Positions 36,701-46,531 of a stretch of DNA of 64,000 nucleotides are shown here, piece after piece. The stretch is from a virus (Duplodnaviria > Heunggongvirae > Uroviricota > Caudoviricetes), in the IMG/VR virus record IMGVR_UViG_3300037321_000115; one strand, written 5' to 3'. A program made the position numbers and the translations under genes. Within the stretch, counting starts at the first letter, position 1, and each line of letters starts with the position of its first letter. The notes beneath the pieces were generated by a model, which saw only the letters and a list, made by a program, of their open reading frames with translations, made no database searches and was not told where the DNA came from.

Positions 36701-36775
36701 TGGCAGGGGTGCCCAGAATCGAACTGGGTTCTCAAGGTTTTGGAGACCTGCGGATTGCCAGTTTCCCTCACCCCT
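36701..36775 (-). tRNA. tRNA-Trp(CCA)
   Basis: AGGGGTG/CACCCCT acceptor, loop CTCCAAA, TTCGATT, CCA end. Confidence 0.9.
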
Positions 36776-36803
36776 GCGGTGTTGCTACTATTTATAGTAA
36801 ATA

Positions 36804-36879
36804 TGGTCCTGAGTAATAGATTTGAACTGTTCCTTCCTGGTCCACAACCAGACGTGCTAACCGCTAACACCAACTCAGG
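36804..36879 (-). tRNA. tRNA-His(GTG) with A73 and no encoded G-1
   Basis: CCTGAGT/ACTCAGG acceptor, A73, CCA, loop TTGTGGA; the -1 base is T. Confidence 0.85.
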
Positions 36880-36884
36880 ATATT

Positions 36885-36973
36885 TGGTATCCAGTGGGGG
36901 AATTGAACCCCTCTTTGATTATGAATGTGACGCCTAAGCAATCATAACCGGCTGAACCTAGCCAATACTGGAC
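36885..36973 (-). ncRNA. tRNA-like element with expanded (21 nt) anticodon loop
   Basis: GTCCAGT/ACTGGAT acceptor, A-CCA, D arm and T arm (TTCAATT) present; anticodon cannot be assigned. Confidence 0.6.
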
Positions 36974-37457
36974 TTGTAATTTGCAGAGCAGTTTTTCCAC
37001 AGGCTTCAGCCATGCTGCTCAGGTGGGATCTGTTGTCTTTGTGTAAAGGCACATCCAACCTCTTGTTGATATTATTTAATTCCCGCAGTTCTCTTTCAGG
37101 CTATCGCAGCCACCCTCGAGCTGAGCGTCTCAACTTCGCTACTGATTTTGGTGACCATTTGGTCAAATATTTAGCAAAGAGAAGTGAGTGATAATCAGGA
37201 CAATGTGCGTATGGCGGCGCGGTATATAGGCCCCATTCGTGCAAAGTGCAACGTTCAAAGTGAAATAAATTCTTGTTTCCAGTAAACAAAGTGCAACACC
37301 CTGGGGTGATCTATTTACACTGGAGCATGAAATTATGGGTTAAAACCCTCCATTTGATATGTAAGAATTACCTTACGTTGATTATTCTCTTTCTTCCCTT
37401 TACTGCGGTGGTTTACAGGTTCTCCTAGGAGTCTGTCCTACATAACCACCAAACTGT

Positions 37458-38018
37458 TTAAATGATGTCCAATCCAGTCAAGAACTGAGCAGTAGCATCA
37501 CTCAATTCAATCTGGGTTGTAATGTTCAATTCTAGAAGCTGGTCCTGAAGCTTTTGCTTCTGTTTCTTGAGATTCGCCGCTGTTGATTTGTAGCCATCAA
37601 CCTCTTCTTGTGTGAAGATCGTGGTACTGATCGGTGCGCAGGGGCGATAAGAATCTTCAACCACATTGGCATTTTTCTTGAGTTTACCATTTAGAACAGC
37701 CAAGTCGGTCTGTGTTCCCTTGCTCGCCAACATCGCAACAAAGTTGCCATCTTTCTCCAATTTTGCCGCTGTGGAAAGAATTTCATTAATCTTTGAGGTT
37801 GCATTGGCAGTTCCAACAGACTGTCGAATTTCATACAACGAAGACATCAAGCGTGTCCATGTTTCAACATCCTTGAAGAATTTGTCCCTCACTGTGTCAA
37901 TCTGTCCTTGAACAGATTGGAATTCGTTGAATTGAACAGTGTGACTGAGACCAAGAGATTTGATCTGCTCGTTGATTGAATTCTGTACTGCATTTGCCTT
38001 ACGAAGAGAGATTTTCAT
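37458..38018 (-). CDS. conserved coiled-coil phage protein
   Basis: MKISLRKANAVQNSI.. N-terminus, ..KQKLQDQLLELN.T.QIEL C-terminus. Confidence 0.75.
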   Translation of the reverse strand: MKISLRKANAVQNSINEQIKSLGLSHTVQFNEFQSVQGQIDTVRDKFFKDVETWTRLMSSLYEIRQSVGTANATSKINEILSTAAKLEKDGNFVAMLASKGTQTDLAVLNGKLKKNANVVEDSYRPCAPISTTIFTQEEVDGYKSTAANLKKQKQKLQDQLLELNITTQIELSDATAQFLTGLDII

Positions 38019-38540
38019 GTCTTTGTCCTTTGATTTGTACTAATTTTTGAAGAACAGTCTGGGTTGAGGCAAACTGGCATTTACGTTTCAAACATGGCCG
38101 GCAAGTACTGCGCCACATCATGCTTTGTTTATTCCGCTAAAAACAAAGCAATAAGATTGCTTTTCTACTCTTGAAAATTTGGAATGTTATTAATGTCTAC
38201 GTTCATAGTATAGAACTGTTCATCAAGCTTTAGTATCGTATAGCGCCTCCAGATTGCCGTCTAGAACTTATAATGTTAAAGGAGCAACCCTTCCATATAA
38301 GTCCATTGCCACAGCATTTTGTCTCGTGCAATCCAGAATTTGTTTGATCAACCAAGTCTTACAAGTTACTTACTCTGCTTGGTCTTATAGGTTATATTAA
38401 CATATTTTTGTTTGCGTGTCAACAACCAATTTCAACAACCACATAATTATTTAATAAGTGCTGGTCTTTACATTTTTCCAGACACGTGGCCACTGGCATA
38501 ACAACTGACTTGATTCTCTGTCATTTTTTGAAAAAATAGG

Positions 38541-38787
38541 TCATTTAATACACTCTTGATAGTCGTCAACATTGGTCTTGTGGGCAAAATACTTTCGACG
38601 TGTACCATTTCCTTCTACCTCATCAGTGTCAATGTAAGAATAACCTTGGTAACTACCCGCGTCCATCAATACTGTCTCAAGCATCGTGCACAAGGCTTCA
38701 CGACCATCTGGTGTACTGTCTGGACAAGCCAATGCCACATTGACCATTGCCAAAATCTTACCAACTTCAACTGTTTTACGTGACATG
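38541..38787 (-). CDS. hypothetical protein
   Basis: MSRKTVEVGKIL..LETVLMDAGSYQGYSY; start set approximately at an internal Met after AAAAAGG. Confidence 0.55.
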
Positions 38788-39172
38788 GGTGCTACCTTTT
38801 TTGTTTGTCTACAATTCATATTACGATATTCTATAGTCTGTGTCAACGTGTCATTTTGTTTCTCTGCCGCTGTAATTATTGGCACAGTTGTTACACTACC
38901 AAATAAAATTTCGTGGTGACACTTCTTTATGTTCTCGTTGTGATGCGTGACAACGAGAACATTTGCACGATCAGTAGTTTGACACACACCGCGTAAACTT
39001 CTTTTGTTTCCGTTGGTTCAGTCTCCTGTTTGTTGTTCGTCAACCAGAGCCGCTATTAGGGCGCGGATGTCTTCGCGAGCAACACTGACGAGGCGTACCG
39101 CCGCCGTTTGTGCCATGCCAGCCTTCGTATGTTGTGCCGTTTGGACAGTCCTTGATAACGTGTGTACAGGCA

Positions 39173-39436
39173 TCATCGCTCTCGGAGAGCATCATCCCGC
39201 GCCGTCTGGGCCTGTGCAGCGATAAGCTGAGTGTTACACTCTTCCCAAGACTTGCTGCATATCTCCAGCGCACCGTTTGCGGCGACAAGCCGGTCGCGAA
39301 GAGTGTCAATAAGACTAGCGGCTGCGCGGCATAGAACGTCTCCCTCCGCTTCAGCGACATTGCGCAAGTCGCTGACTATTTCCAGTATAGTCGCAGAATC
39401 GTATCCCATTGCTGCCTCTATATCAATATTATTCAT
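39173..39436 (-). CDS. hypothetical protein
   Basis: MNNIDIEAAMG.. with GGAG RBS; start approximate. Confidence 0.45.
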   Translation of the reverse strand: MNNIDIEAAMGYDSATILEIVSDLRNVAEAEGDVLCRAAASLIDTLRDRLVAANGALEICSKSWEECNTQLIAAQAQTARDDALRER

Positions 39437-39683
39437 TGTTGTTCTCCTGTGTAATACGCGCCCTAAAGGTGTGATGATTCTCGACACACTCCGCGTATGC
39501 GGCTTTGTAGTCATTCTTATAACCAACCTGCGTTGCAATCTCTGCGGTTAGCGCGTCACGTTCATCCTCTACCGTTGCGAGTTTGGCACGTAGAGCTGCT
39601 ATGGTATCAGACTGACGACAAATAAGACCGCGCATATCCCCGCCGGGCATGTCTAGAAACTCCACTGCGCTTGTATCAGTCAT
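39429..39683 (-). CDS. hypothetical protein
   Basis: MTDTSAVEF.., coupled to the upstream gene, AGGAGA RBS. Confidence 0.55.
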   Translation of the reverse strand: MTDTSAVEFLDMPGGDMRGLICRQSDTIAALRAKLATVEDERDALTAEIATQVGYKNDYKAAYAECVENHHTFRARITQENNNE

Positions 39684-40627
39684 GGCTTTTCTCCTGCGTC
39701 GATGTAATTTTTAATGGCTTCCCTATCTTCTTCATCAAACCATTCCTTCATAGTCCACGGGTTTTCCTCGTCGTGTCCGTAGTCCGCAGTGTCGTGTTCT
39801 GCTACAGTTTCTTGTAGCATCCCTACCAGGGCATCGGCAGCTTTGACCCGCGCCTCTACTGTTGTGAGTCTGTCACGTAGAGCTTCGTTGTCAGCGCTCA
39901 GTGAAGCGTTTGCCTCACGTTCACCCTGAATAACGCTTGGGGCGATGTAATTGGTACGATCTACATCCCTCAAGTGTTGTACCTGATCAAGCGTAAACTC
40001 GTGCAATGTTTTTGCTGCCCCAGCCTGACGCTTTATGGCAGTATGTAGAGTGTCACGTTCGGCTGCAAGGGCGATCACCGTTACGGATGCACGACCCCGC
40101 CAGTCGTTTATCACGCCCTCGTCAATCTCGTCCCAATCCTTCAGATTTTCTGCCAACTTCTCCACCGCCTCTGTGCTGGTGTCTGGATTAGTCATGTCAG
40201 TCTCCAATCTCGTAGCAGGTGTCGCAAAAGTTTCCTCGGAAAATACTGTCATACGCTTTTCCAAATCCGCAATGCGAAACATTTGCCGGGCAATCATCAT
40301 GTGGGCATCATCTGCAATTTGCTGAAATTCGCCGGGAAAGGGCGTTGAGCCAATGCGCTTTTGCATTACCCGCGCTGCTTCCGCCAGATTTCGTGGTTTT
40401 GTTGGACCTGATTGTGAACGGTCAAAATCTTGACCAAGTGCGGCCAGTTCATTCATTGCCGCGATACGCTTGGAAAATTCAGATGCCCAAAAATTGCCCA
40501 TAATTTTTGTTATGGTTGAGCAGTCCAATCCGTTTTTCTCCATCGTGACCCATTGGTCTCGGCACAGGTCTTTCGTGTCTAGGTTTCCGCAATCTTGATC
40601 AGTCCACCAAACGTCAAAATCTGTCAT
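39680..40627 (-). CDS. mosaic hypothetical protein(s)
   Basis: AAGGAG RBS before MTDFDVW at about 40627; second candidate start MTNPDTSTEAVE at about 40195. Confidence 0.45.
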   Translation of the reverse strand: MTDFDVWWTDQDCGNLDTKDLCRDQWVTMEKNGLDCSTITKIMGNFWASEFSKRIAAMNELAALGQDFDRSQSGPTKPRNLAEAARVMQKRIGSTPFPGEFQQIADDAHMMIARQMFRIADLEKRMTVFSEETFATPATRLETDMTNPDTSTEAVEKLAENLKDWDEIDEGVINDWRGRASVTVIALAAERDTLHTAIKRQAGAAKTLHEFTLDQVQHLRDVDRTNYIAPSVIQGEREANASLSADNEALRDRLTTVEARVKAADALVGMLQETVAEHDTADYGHDEENPWTMKEWFDEEDREAIKNYIDAGEKP

Positions 40628-40661
40628 GTCTTTTCTCCTTTGCTTGCCGCGATAAGAATTT

Positions 40662-40964
40662 TCAAAATGGTGGCGCAGTAGTATGTTTCCAGTGAGTGAC
40701 TCTCGGCGTGTACCACGAGCCTTTTGTGCAAGCATACATATCAAACACCGTTGTCCAATTGACATCCCCACACGTCTCGACGTTCCAATACCCCATCTCC
40801 AAAAGTACATCTTTCGGTGCGGTTGATATGTTCTGCCATTGCAGGACAAGGTCTGCGCGGACGTAGGAAGTCGGGATACTACCGGACCCTTGGTAATTTC
40901 CTCGCCAATAGTCATGCACCATTCCGCTCGCTTCGATCAAGTCGATCCGCTCCGGCGCGCTCAC
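40662..40964 (-). CDS. DUF551-like phage protein
   Basis: MSAPERI, YVRADL, WQNISTAPKD, VTHW....PP. Confidence 0.7.
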   Translation of the reverse strand: MSAPERIDLIEASGMVHDYWRGNYQGSGSIPTSYVRADLVLQWQNISTAPKDVLLEMGYWNVETCGDVNWTTVFDMYACTKGSWYTPRVTHWKHTTAPPF

Positions 40965-41096
40965 AACACGCCCCTAGCGCACAAACGATCTTTGGTAGTG
41001 AGCTGAAGATCGTTGCAATATACGTAACGACAACATAGCTGATAAATGTGCAGACCGTCAACAGTGCACCCACCCTTATTGTTATCTAGTTCCACG

Positions 41097-41285
41097 TCAA
41101 ATGTCCACTTCAAATTCTTCAATGTCATAATCACGCCGCTTTCGAGTGTAGTTTTCTTCAATTGCTTCAATTGCACTGCTTGCTTTCTCATAGGACGAGA
41201 AAGTTCCAATAACATATCCATCCGAAAACACTTCGCCTGAACAATCTGTCACTGTATCTGCTGTTACAACATAAACTTTCATCAC
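41097..41285 (-). CDS. hypothetical protein
   Basis: MKVYVV....VIGTFSSYEKA; follows an early promoter. Confidence 0.6.
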   Translation of the reverse strand: MMKVYVVTADTVTDCSGEVFSDGYVIGTFSSYEKASSAIEAIEENYTRKRRDYDIEEFEVDI

Positions 41286-41728
41286 TACATCTCTCTATCG
41301 TGTTTCTATATACTTTATAAAACAAAAGAGGGGCCACGTCAACTCCTCTTTTCAGTATTGTATGATTTGCTTGTAGTTTCTGTACCATCTGTACAACCTA
41401 ACCGAGGCCAACACCAAGAATACTGCATACAGACTAGACATCATGAACAGACCCAATCATTCCTTTTCAATGTCAGTAAGCTTGGCAAGGGCTTTATCAT
41501 AAACTCCTTATTAGTATACGTACCTCACTATGAACCACATCTTGTATGCTGTCAAGATGTTATTTCTGTCTGATTGTTTCAACGTGTGTTTCTTGGACCA
41601 TTGTGATTATCACTCTCTGTGCGCCACTGTGAATTGCAGATTCGGCTAGAAGTCTTGCTTCTCCCAGATCAGAACGCGACCCAACATCTCTGCCACCATC
41701 ACTAAACAGTCCAGTCACTGTGTATCGC

Positions 41729-41959
41729 CTAACCATCGCAGGACAATTCCTCTGACGGTCTGGCAGAATTTGGGTGCAGCATCATGGCAATCATGGCACC
41801 GCTCAAGTCATCGTCAAAAGGTTTGTTGAATCCTTTTGTAAACTTGCTGAACCCTTTGCCATCCACTCTCACCATCATTGGCAATTCAATTGGAATTCTA
41901 ACATCAGTGTAAACTGATTCAAATGCCTTCATTCTATTTCCAAAGTCATCACGTTTCAT
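41729..41959 (-). pseudogene. truncated tRNA-His guanylyltransferase (Thg1-like) N-terminal fragment
   Basis: GNRMKAFE..P.MVRVDGKGFSKFT..F.KPFD signature, then unrelated sequence and a stop at 76 aa. Confidence 0.75.
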
Positions 41960-42172
41960 TTACATTACCTCTACAATGTCAAGACTTGGATTCTTAACAG
42001 ATTCGCCGTTTGTATTCCAGCAATGCGACCAATTCTCTGTGTGGTATGAGGACTGTCCATCCTCATCTTCTGCTTCAGAGAAAACAATTTGATAAATTGC
42101 TCCTTCTCGTGTTTTAGCTAAAATGACAGAAGTTTCGGTCAACTTTGATTTCAGTTGTTCTTCAGTGCTCAT
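41960..42172 (-). CDS. hypothetical protein
   Basis: 70 aa ORF in the co-directional run. Confidence 0.5.
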   Translation of the reverse strand: MSTEEQLKSKLTETSVILAKTREGAIYQIVFSEAEDEDGQSSYHTENWSHCWNTNGESVKNPSLDIVEVM

Positions 42173-42328
42173 CTAATCTTCTCTTCTTCAACCCACACCA
42201 ATAGAAGTATCTTGATATCCTCGACAGATTTGCAGTCGAGGATCCTTTGAAACGTTCGTTCTTTGTTAATCATGGAACGAACTTGTTCAGATGTGTACTC
42301 TAATTTCCTGCTCTTTGCAGTAAGCTAC

Positions 42329-42841
42329 TCACGTGATCACAGTGCCAAACATATCATACGTCGTGATGTCGTCGAACCCCTCTGACAATTCTGGCTTCTG
42401 ATAGTTTTTCATCATGCTATTTAGAATATGGTCTGGGATAGTCTTACCTGGACGAGACCCTAGACGTCGGTGCCATTCAGCACGTTCATTTTCTGTTTCT
42501 GGAGGTGTAAAACTAACACACTCAACAGAATAACCCACGGATTTCATCTTGTTGATGATTGACTTCCGTTTCTTGATGCCTAGATTTGTCTGGTCCCAGA
42601 TAATCCACTGACGTTCATCAGCAACCGCTTCTTCCAACATCTGATTCATCGAGGCAGTTGCCCCCTTGATATTATTCTCGAACATTTCATTGTACGTTGA
42701 ATTGAAATGAGTAGCAGCATCTTCAATAAACTGATCAGTGCTATATACAAAGTACGAATCCGGATCAGCAGAAATGACATTTTTCACAAATGTTGATTTT
42801 CCACTGGCAGGAACACCCACCATGACATAACATTTTTTCAT
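42329..42841 (-). CDS. polynucleotide-kinase-like P-loop protein (AAA_33/PseT kinase domain)
   Basis: MVGVPASGKST, YSTD..IE, IIWDQTNL...RK, R..RPGK.IP. Confidence 0.8.
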   Translation of the reverse strand: MKKCYVMVGVPASGKSTFVKNVISADPDSYFVYSTDQFIEDAATHFNSTYNEMFENNIKGATASMNQMLEEAVADERQWIIWDQTNLGIKKRKSIINKMKSVGYSVECVSFTPPETENERAEWHRRLGSRPGKTIPDHILNSMMKNYQKPELSEGFDDITTYDMFGTVIT

Positions 42842-43467
42842 TTTGTTTCCTTTATAATGTTAATGGCAAATTAACATGTTTAGACTAACCATTCTTGCGG
42901 AGGGATCATGAACCATACGCTCACCCGTATCAGTCTCAAAGAATGTTACTGGCTTTGAGTAAAAAGAAGCAATCAAGTTCTGTGCTGCAGTGTTCATTTT
43001 CGATCTTTCTTATTGGTGGTGTGGGTTTAGGCGGAGGCTTTGTGGTACGCAGTGCACAGCTTGCGGTGGTATGCCTTTAAGCTGGTGATTTTCCCCTTTC
43101 CTTCGGGGGACTCTAACTGGGCTTCGACCCTGATGATTTCGGCCGCGATTTCCGATTTTGTCATTTCATTTCCTCACTTGTTTGCTTTTCTGTCTATACA
43201 TCCTCTATAGCTTCAAACATGTGAGATGTCAATAGGATTTCAACAAAGCCCAAACACACTCCTGAAATATAGGCTTACTGAGCCTTTTTCATTTTGTCTG
43301 CTTCTTTTTTGTGCATCGCGCTCTTCGTAGCCTTGTCTGCAGCAGCCTTAGCGGCGCTGTATGACATCGAGGATACTAGTTTTGCTCCTCTCTCGGGACG
43401 CGATTCGCCTAAATAACTTTTGATTTCTTCGTTGATGTAATTACCATTTTACTACACCCTTATACTT

Positions 43468-43755
43468 TTACGCTGCCAACAAACTCATTTCAGCTTCGAA
43501 TGTTTCAAAAAGAACTTCTTCGGCGATGTTGTTTTGAACGATGCAAGGAGCACAGTTATCGGGTGTCGGGTTTGTATCGATGTGGTAAGTGCCATCTTCG
43601 TTACGGTTCACAGCAACTCTCTTGTGTTCAGAAGTGTAGGCCCACAAGTGCATTAGGAGACCAACCTTGGTGCTGTACCTCGAAACGCGTCCGTAAGCGG
43701 CGTGGTCAAAGCCTTGTGCTTTCATCAGTTCGTTGATCTGTGTGCCTATTTTCAT
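43468..43755 (-). CDS. hypothetical protein
   Basis: 95 aa ORF with RBS. Confidence 0.5.
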   Translation of the reverse strand: MKIGTQINELMKAQGFDHAAYGRVSRYSTKVGLLMHLWAYTSEHKRVAVNRNEDGTYHIDTNPTPDNCAPCIVQNNIAEEVLFETFEAEMSLLAA

Positions 43756-43850
43756 TGTCGTGTCTCTCGTTTAATTTCTTCTTACTCATTCTTTGTAGCC
43801 TTTAAAGTAAGTGACGTCAAGAGATATCTTCGTGTCATAATAAAAAGATT

Positions 43851-43924
43851 GCTCCTCTTGCGGGGTTCGAACTTACGACAGTCTGATTAGTGGCCAGACG
43901 CTCGACCAACTGAGTTACAGGGGC
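43851..43924 (-). pseudogene. degenerate tRNA
   Basis: D arm and TTCGAAC retained; acceptor and T stems mispaired; no CCA. Confidence 0.6.
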
Positions 43925-44473
43925 GTAATTATTTCTAAGATCGAATGTTACCTTGTGGATAGACCAAACACAAAGGAATTCTTCTCCAATGTCACACCAT
44001 ATCCGAACATCTCTTGGATGCCCATCGCGCTCAAATTACTCTGCAAGGACGAATGTTCGTCAATCAAAAGAGCTGATAACGATCTGTGTTGACCTCTTTT
44101 GTTGTAATTGTAATTTTTAAACTGGTCTCCTGTCAGTACATTCTCGTCGCCACGGCCAAATTTACATTTGTTGTCAAGATTGAATTTGGATTTGTAAGAG
44201 TATCGAAGAACGTGGTTTTACCAACTTGGCGTGGCACATTCACTGATGTGGGCCGCTTTCGTCAAACAGTCACAATAATTGAAGTTCTGGTTATGTTGCA
44301 CGGCCGTGCAGCATCTGTCTCCATACCTTCTGCCAGCTATTATCGACATGCCCTGTAAACATTCAGGAATTTCCTTTTCGGATGGTTAAAGACAATTTGT
44401 TAAGCGAGTCTCCTAGACTTGGTTGTCGACCTGACGAGTTACTGGAATGCTCCATCCCGCAATCTGTTTATTC

Positions 44474-44595
44474 TGGTACCCATTACCGGACTCGAACCGG
44501 TACGCCACTAAGGACATGAGATTTTTAGCGATGGTCCCAAACAATTTTAAAACCATCGTAGAAGTCTCAGGCGTCTACCATTCCGCCAAATGGGC
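44474..44595 (-). tRNA. tRNA-Leu (probably TAA) interrupted by a 36 nt insertion in the anticodon loop
   Basis: Leu-type body (GCCCATT/AATGGGT, A73, long variable arm); removing 44526-44561 gives an 86 nt tRNA with loop CTTAAAA. Confidence 0.75.
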
Positions 44596-44632
44596 ATTGT
44601 GTTAATACAATCAAGTACCAAAAAGTGACCTT

Positions 44633-44711
44633 TGGTGCCCAAGGAGGGATTCGAACCCCCATCGATCCAATTACGGTACTACCGTTTAGAAGACGGTTCC
44701 GATACTTGGGC
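44633..44711 (-). tRNA. atypical tRNA-Arg(TCT)-like gene lacking a D arm
   Basis: GCCCAAG/CTTGGGC acceptor, A-CCA, ACCGT-CTTCTAA-ACGGT; about 7 nt in place of the D arm and about 20 nt variable region. Confidence 0.65.
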
Positions 44712-44879
44712 ACATAACGTCACTCTTTTGTACTTGTTCGTGTCTTGTTTCTTAAACTGATATTATGTGTTTTGGTGGTGTGTGTCAACAGTCTTTCTTG
44801 CCGTTAAATTTACTAAATTTTCAATGTTGTATGTCCACCAAGTGATCTAGGAACAATGTGATCACACTCATAATATCCA

Positions 44880-44934
44880 GGTGCAACCTACCGCTCATAA
44901 GGCGGTAGCACTGTCCCCATTGTGCTACAGAAGC
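44880..44934 (-). pseudogene. 5' half of a tRNA (3' half lost)
   Basis: D arm and anticodon arm ACCGC-CTTATGA-GCGGT present; T arm and acceptor 3' strand absent. Confidence 0.45.
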
Positions 44935-45156
44935 ACCAAAAACTAATGCTCGATGAAACTAACATACTACACTTTCACAGAGATATAACCTTTTCCTCGT
45001 CGTCTCTGAAGTTATAAGATCTCTAGACATGAAGAAGGGTTGGCGTGACTGCTTGTCACGCCAACCCTTGATGCTAGATTCGCTCATATTGGGTCGTACG
45101 AAATCACGAGATGCTCTTCTTGTTCTAACGCGTAGCGAATTGTAAAGGGCAATTTG

Positions 45157-45233
45157 TGGTGGACCCTCCCAGATTCGAACTGGGGACCCTCGAATTAGAA
45201 GTTCGATGCTCTATCCTACTGAGCTAAGGATCC
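45157..45233 (-). tRNA. tRNA-Arg(TCT)
   Basis: Complete cloverleaf, loop CTTCTAA, CCA. Confidence 0.92.
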
Positions 45234-45420
45234 ATCAAAAATTGCCTTGATAAAAGTACTGTAGTTATGCGTGCCTGTAGAACTCTACAGCATTCGAGCC
45301 TTGATCGGCGATCTCATTTACTCGGATTGGGGTCCAGTAAAATCATGAGTCATAATAGTTTTACCTTGTGAGTTCATCACATAAACCAGTGAGCGGCGGT
45401 GTTTGTTTGAAACTAATTAA

Positions 45421-45666
45421 CTAGCATATCAGATCAATTTTATTGGAACCTGAAATCCTCATGTGTCCTCCGTCAATTGTCTCCACTACAATCATATTCT
45501 CAGTAAAAACAAAACTTTCAACCCGGAAGTAAGCAGCATCGTTGGATTTGATAACATCGCCCACTCTCAAGCCGCAATTTTTAATTCCGTTTACTGTCAC
45601 ATTTTCTGCCATTGGGGTTGATTTTGTCATTTGGTGTGTGAGAAACATGATAATGTCCTTTGTCAT
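45421..45666 (-). CDS. hypothetical protein
   Basis: 81 aa ORF between tRNA genes. Confidence 0.45.
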   Translation of the reverse strand: MTKDIIMFLTHQMTKSTPMAENVTVNGIKNCGLRVGDVIKSNDAAYFRVESFVFTENMIVVETIDGGHMRISGSNKIDLIC

Positions 45667-45849
45667 CTGTTACATTGCATATACAACAAACCATACAACT
45701 CGTCAACGGTCTTTCTCGCACAACTTTAACACAACGCACATTCGTGGTTAGTGAGAGATGGTCCAACTATACAGTGGTTTATTGGCAAGGAAATTAGAAG
45801 AGTTAGTTAACTCGTCACTTGTGTTTCGTCTCTGACTTTAAGAGCATAA

Positions 45850-45922
45850 TGGTAGGCTAGGTAGGATTCGAACATATAACCTACTCCCTTACTTTTGCTC
45901 TATCCAGTTGAGCTACAGAACC
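45850..45922 (-). pseudogene. chimeric pseudo-tRNA
   Basis: 3' end resembles the 47814 CAT tRNA and 5' half resembles the 48043 Arg(TCG) tRNA; anticodon arm broken. Confidence 0.55.
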
Positions 45923-45973
45923 TTGTTTATTATTACTACAAAGGGTCTGAACCCACGGACGAACAGTGATCAT

Positions 45974-46060
45974 TGGCGGAAGCCTGAGGTCTTGATCCCC
46001 ATACCTTGCGGTACCACCGGTTTTCAAGACCGGGTGACACTCCTGTGCCATTAAGCTTCC
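45974..46060 (-). tRNA. tRNA-Ser(TGA)
   Basis: GGAAGCT acceptor, G73, loop CTTGAAA, long variable arm. Confidence 0.9.
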
Positions 46061-46065
46061 GTATT

Positions 46066-46150
46066 TGGTGGGGCCAGAGAGACTCGAACTCTCATACCTT
46101 GCGGCGTCACGACCTAAACGTGATGTGTCTACCAATTCCACCACGGCCCC
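46066..46150 (-). tRNA. tRNA-Leu(TAG)
   Basis: GGGGCCG acceptor, loop TTTAGGT, long variable arm, CCA. Confidence 0.92.
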
Positions 46151-46461
46151 AAATATATTCTTTTTAGCTTACCTCAACAATCACACGATTTTCCGTTGTG
46201 AACGTTGCAAGGAATTCACGACCAGGTAGTCCGGTCACTGCAGGGGGTGAGCACCCACGAACTCTCCATCTTTATATTCGTTGCCAAACAACGAAGTTTC
46301 CTTGTATGTCAGTTTCTTTCCAATGCTCTCTTTCAGATCTTGTATCCAGTGATAATTATCACACTAAGCATCTTCAATTTGTTTATAATTCATATTAGTA
46401 CATCTAGAACAGATAGTCAACAATAAACTCGCTAATTTACGCACGTGAGTTTATTGAATAG

Positions 46462-46526
46462 TGGTGCTGCCACGAAGGTTCTAACTCCGGACACTCTGGT
46501 TTGTAACCACCTGAGCTAAGACGACA
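46462..46526 (-). pseudogene. internally deleted tRNA
   Basis: ACCA end and partial arms; D arm fused to anticodon arm. Confidence 0.5.
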
Positions 46527-46531
46527 TTGTT

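Noticed and set aside
36975-37457. RNase P RNA, tmRNA or hammerhead ribozyme in the non-coding stretch
   Set aside because: The diagnostic consensus elements (GAGGAAAGUCC, tmRNA tag frame with tRNA-like ends, CUGANGA/GAAA core) were not found by eye. Kept only as an unassigned ncRNA candidate.
39680-40915. 411 aa ORF as one protein
   Set aside because: The first ~95 codons overlap the DUF551-like gene in another frame, and an internal strong RBS marks a start near 40627.
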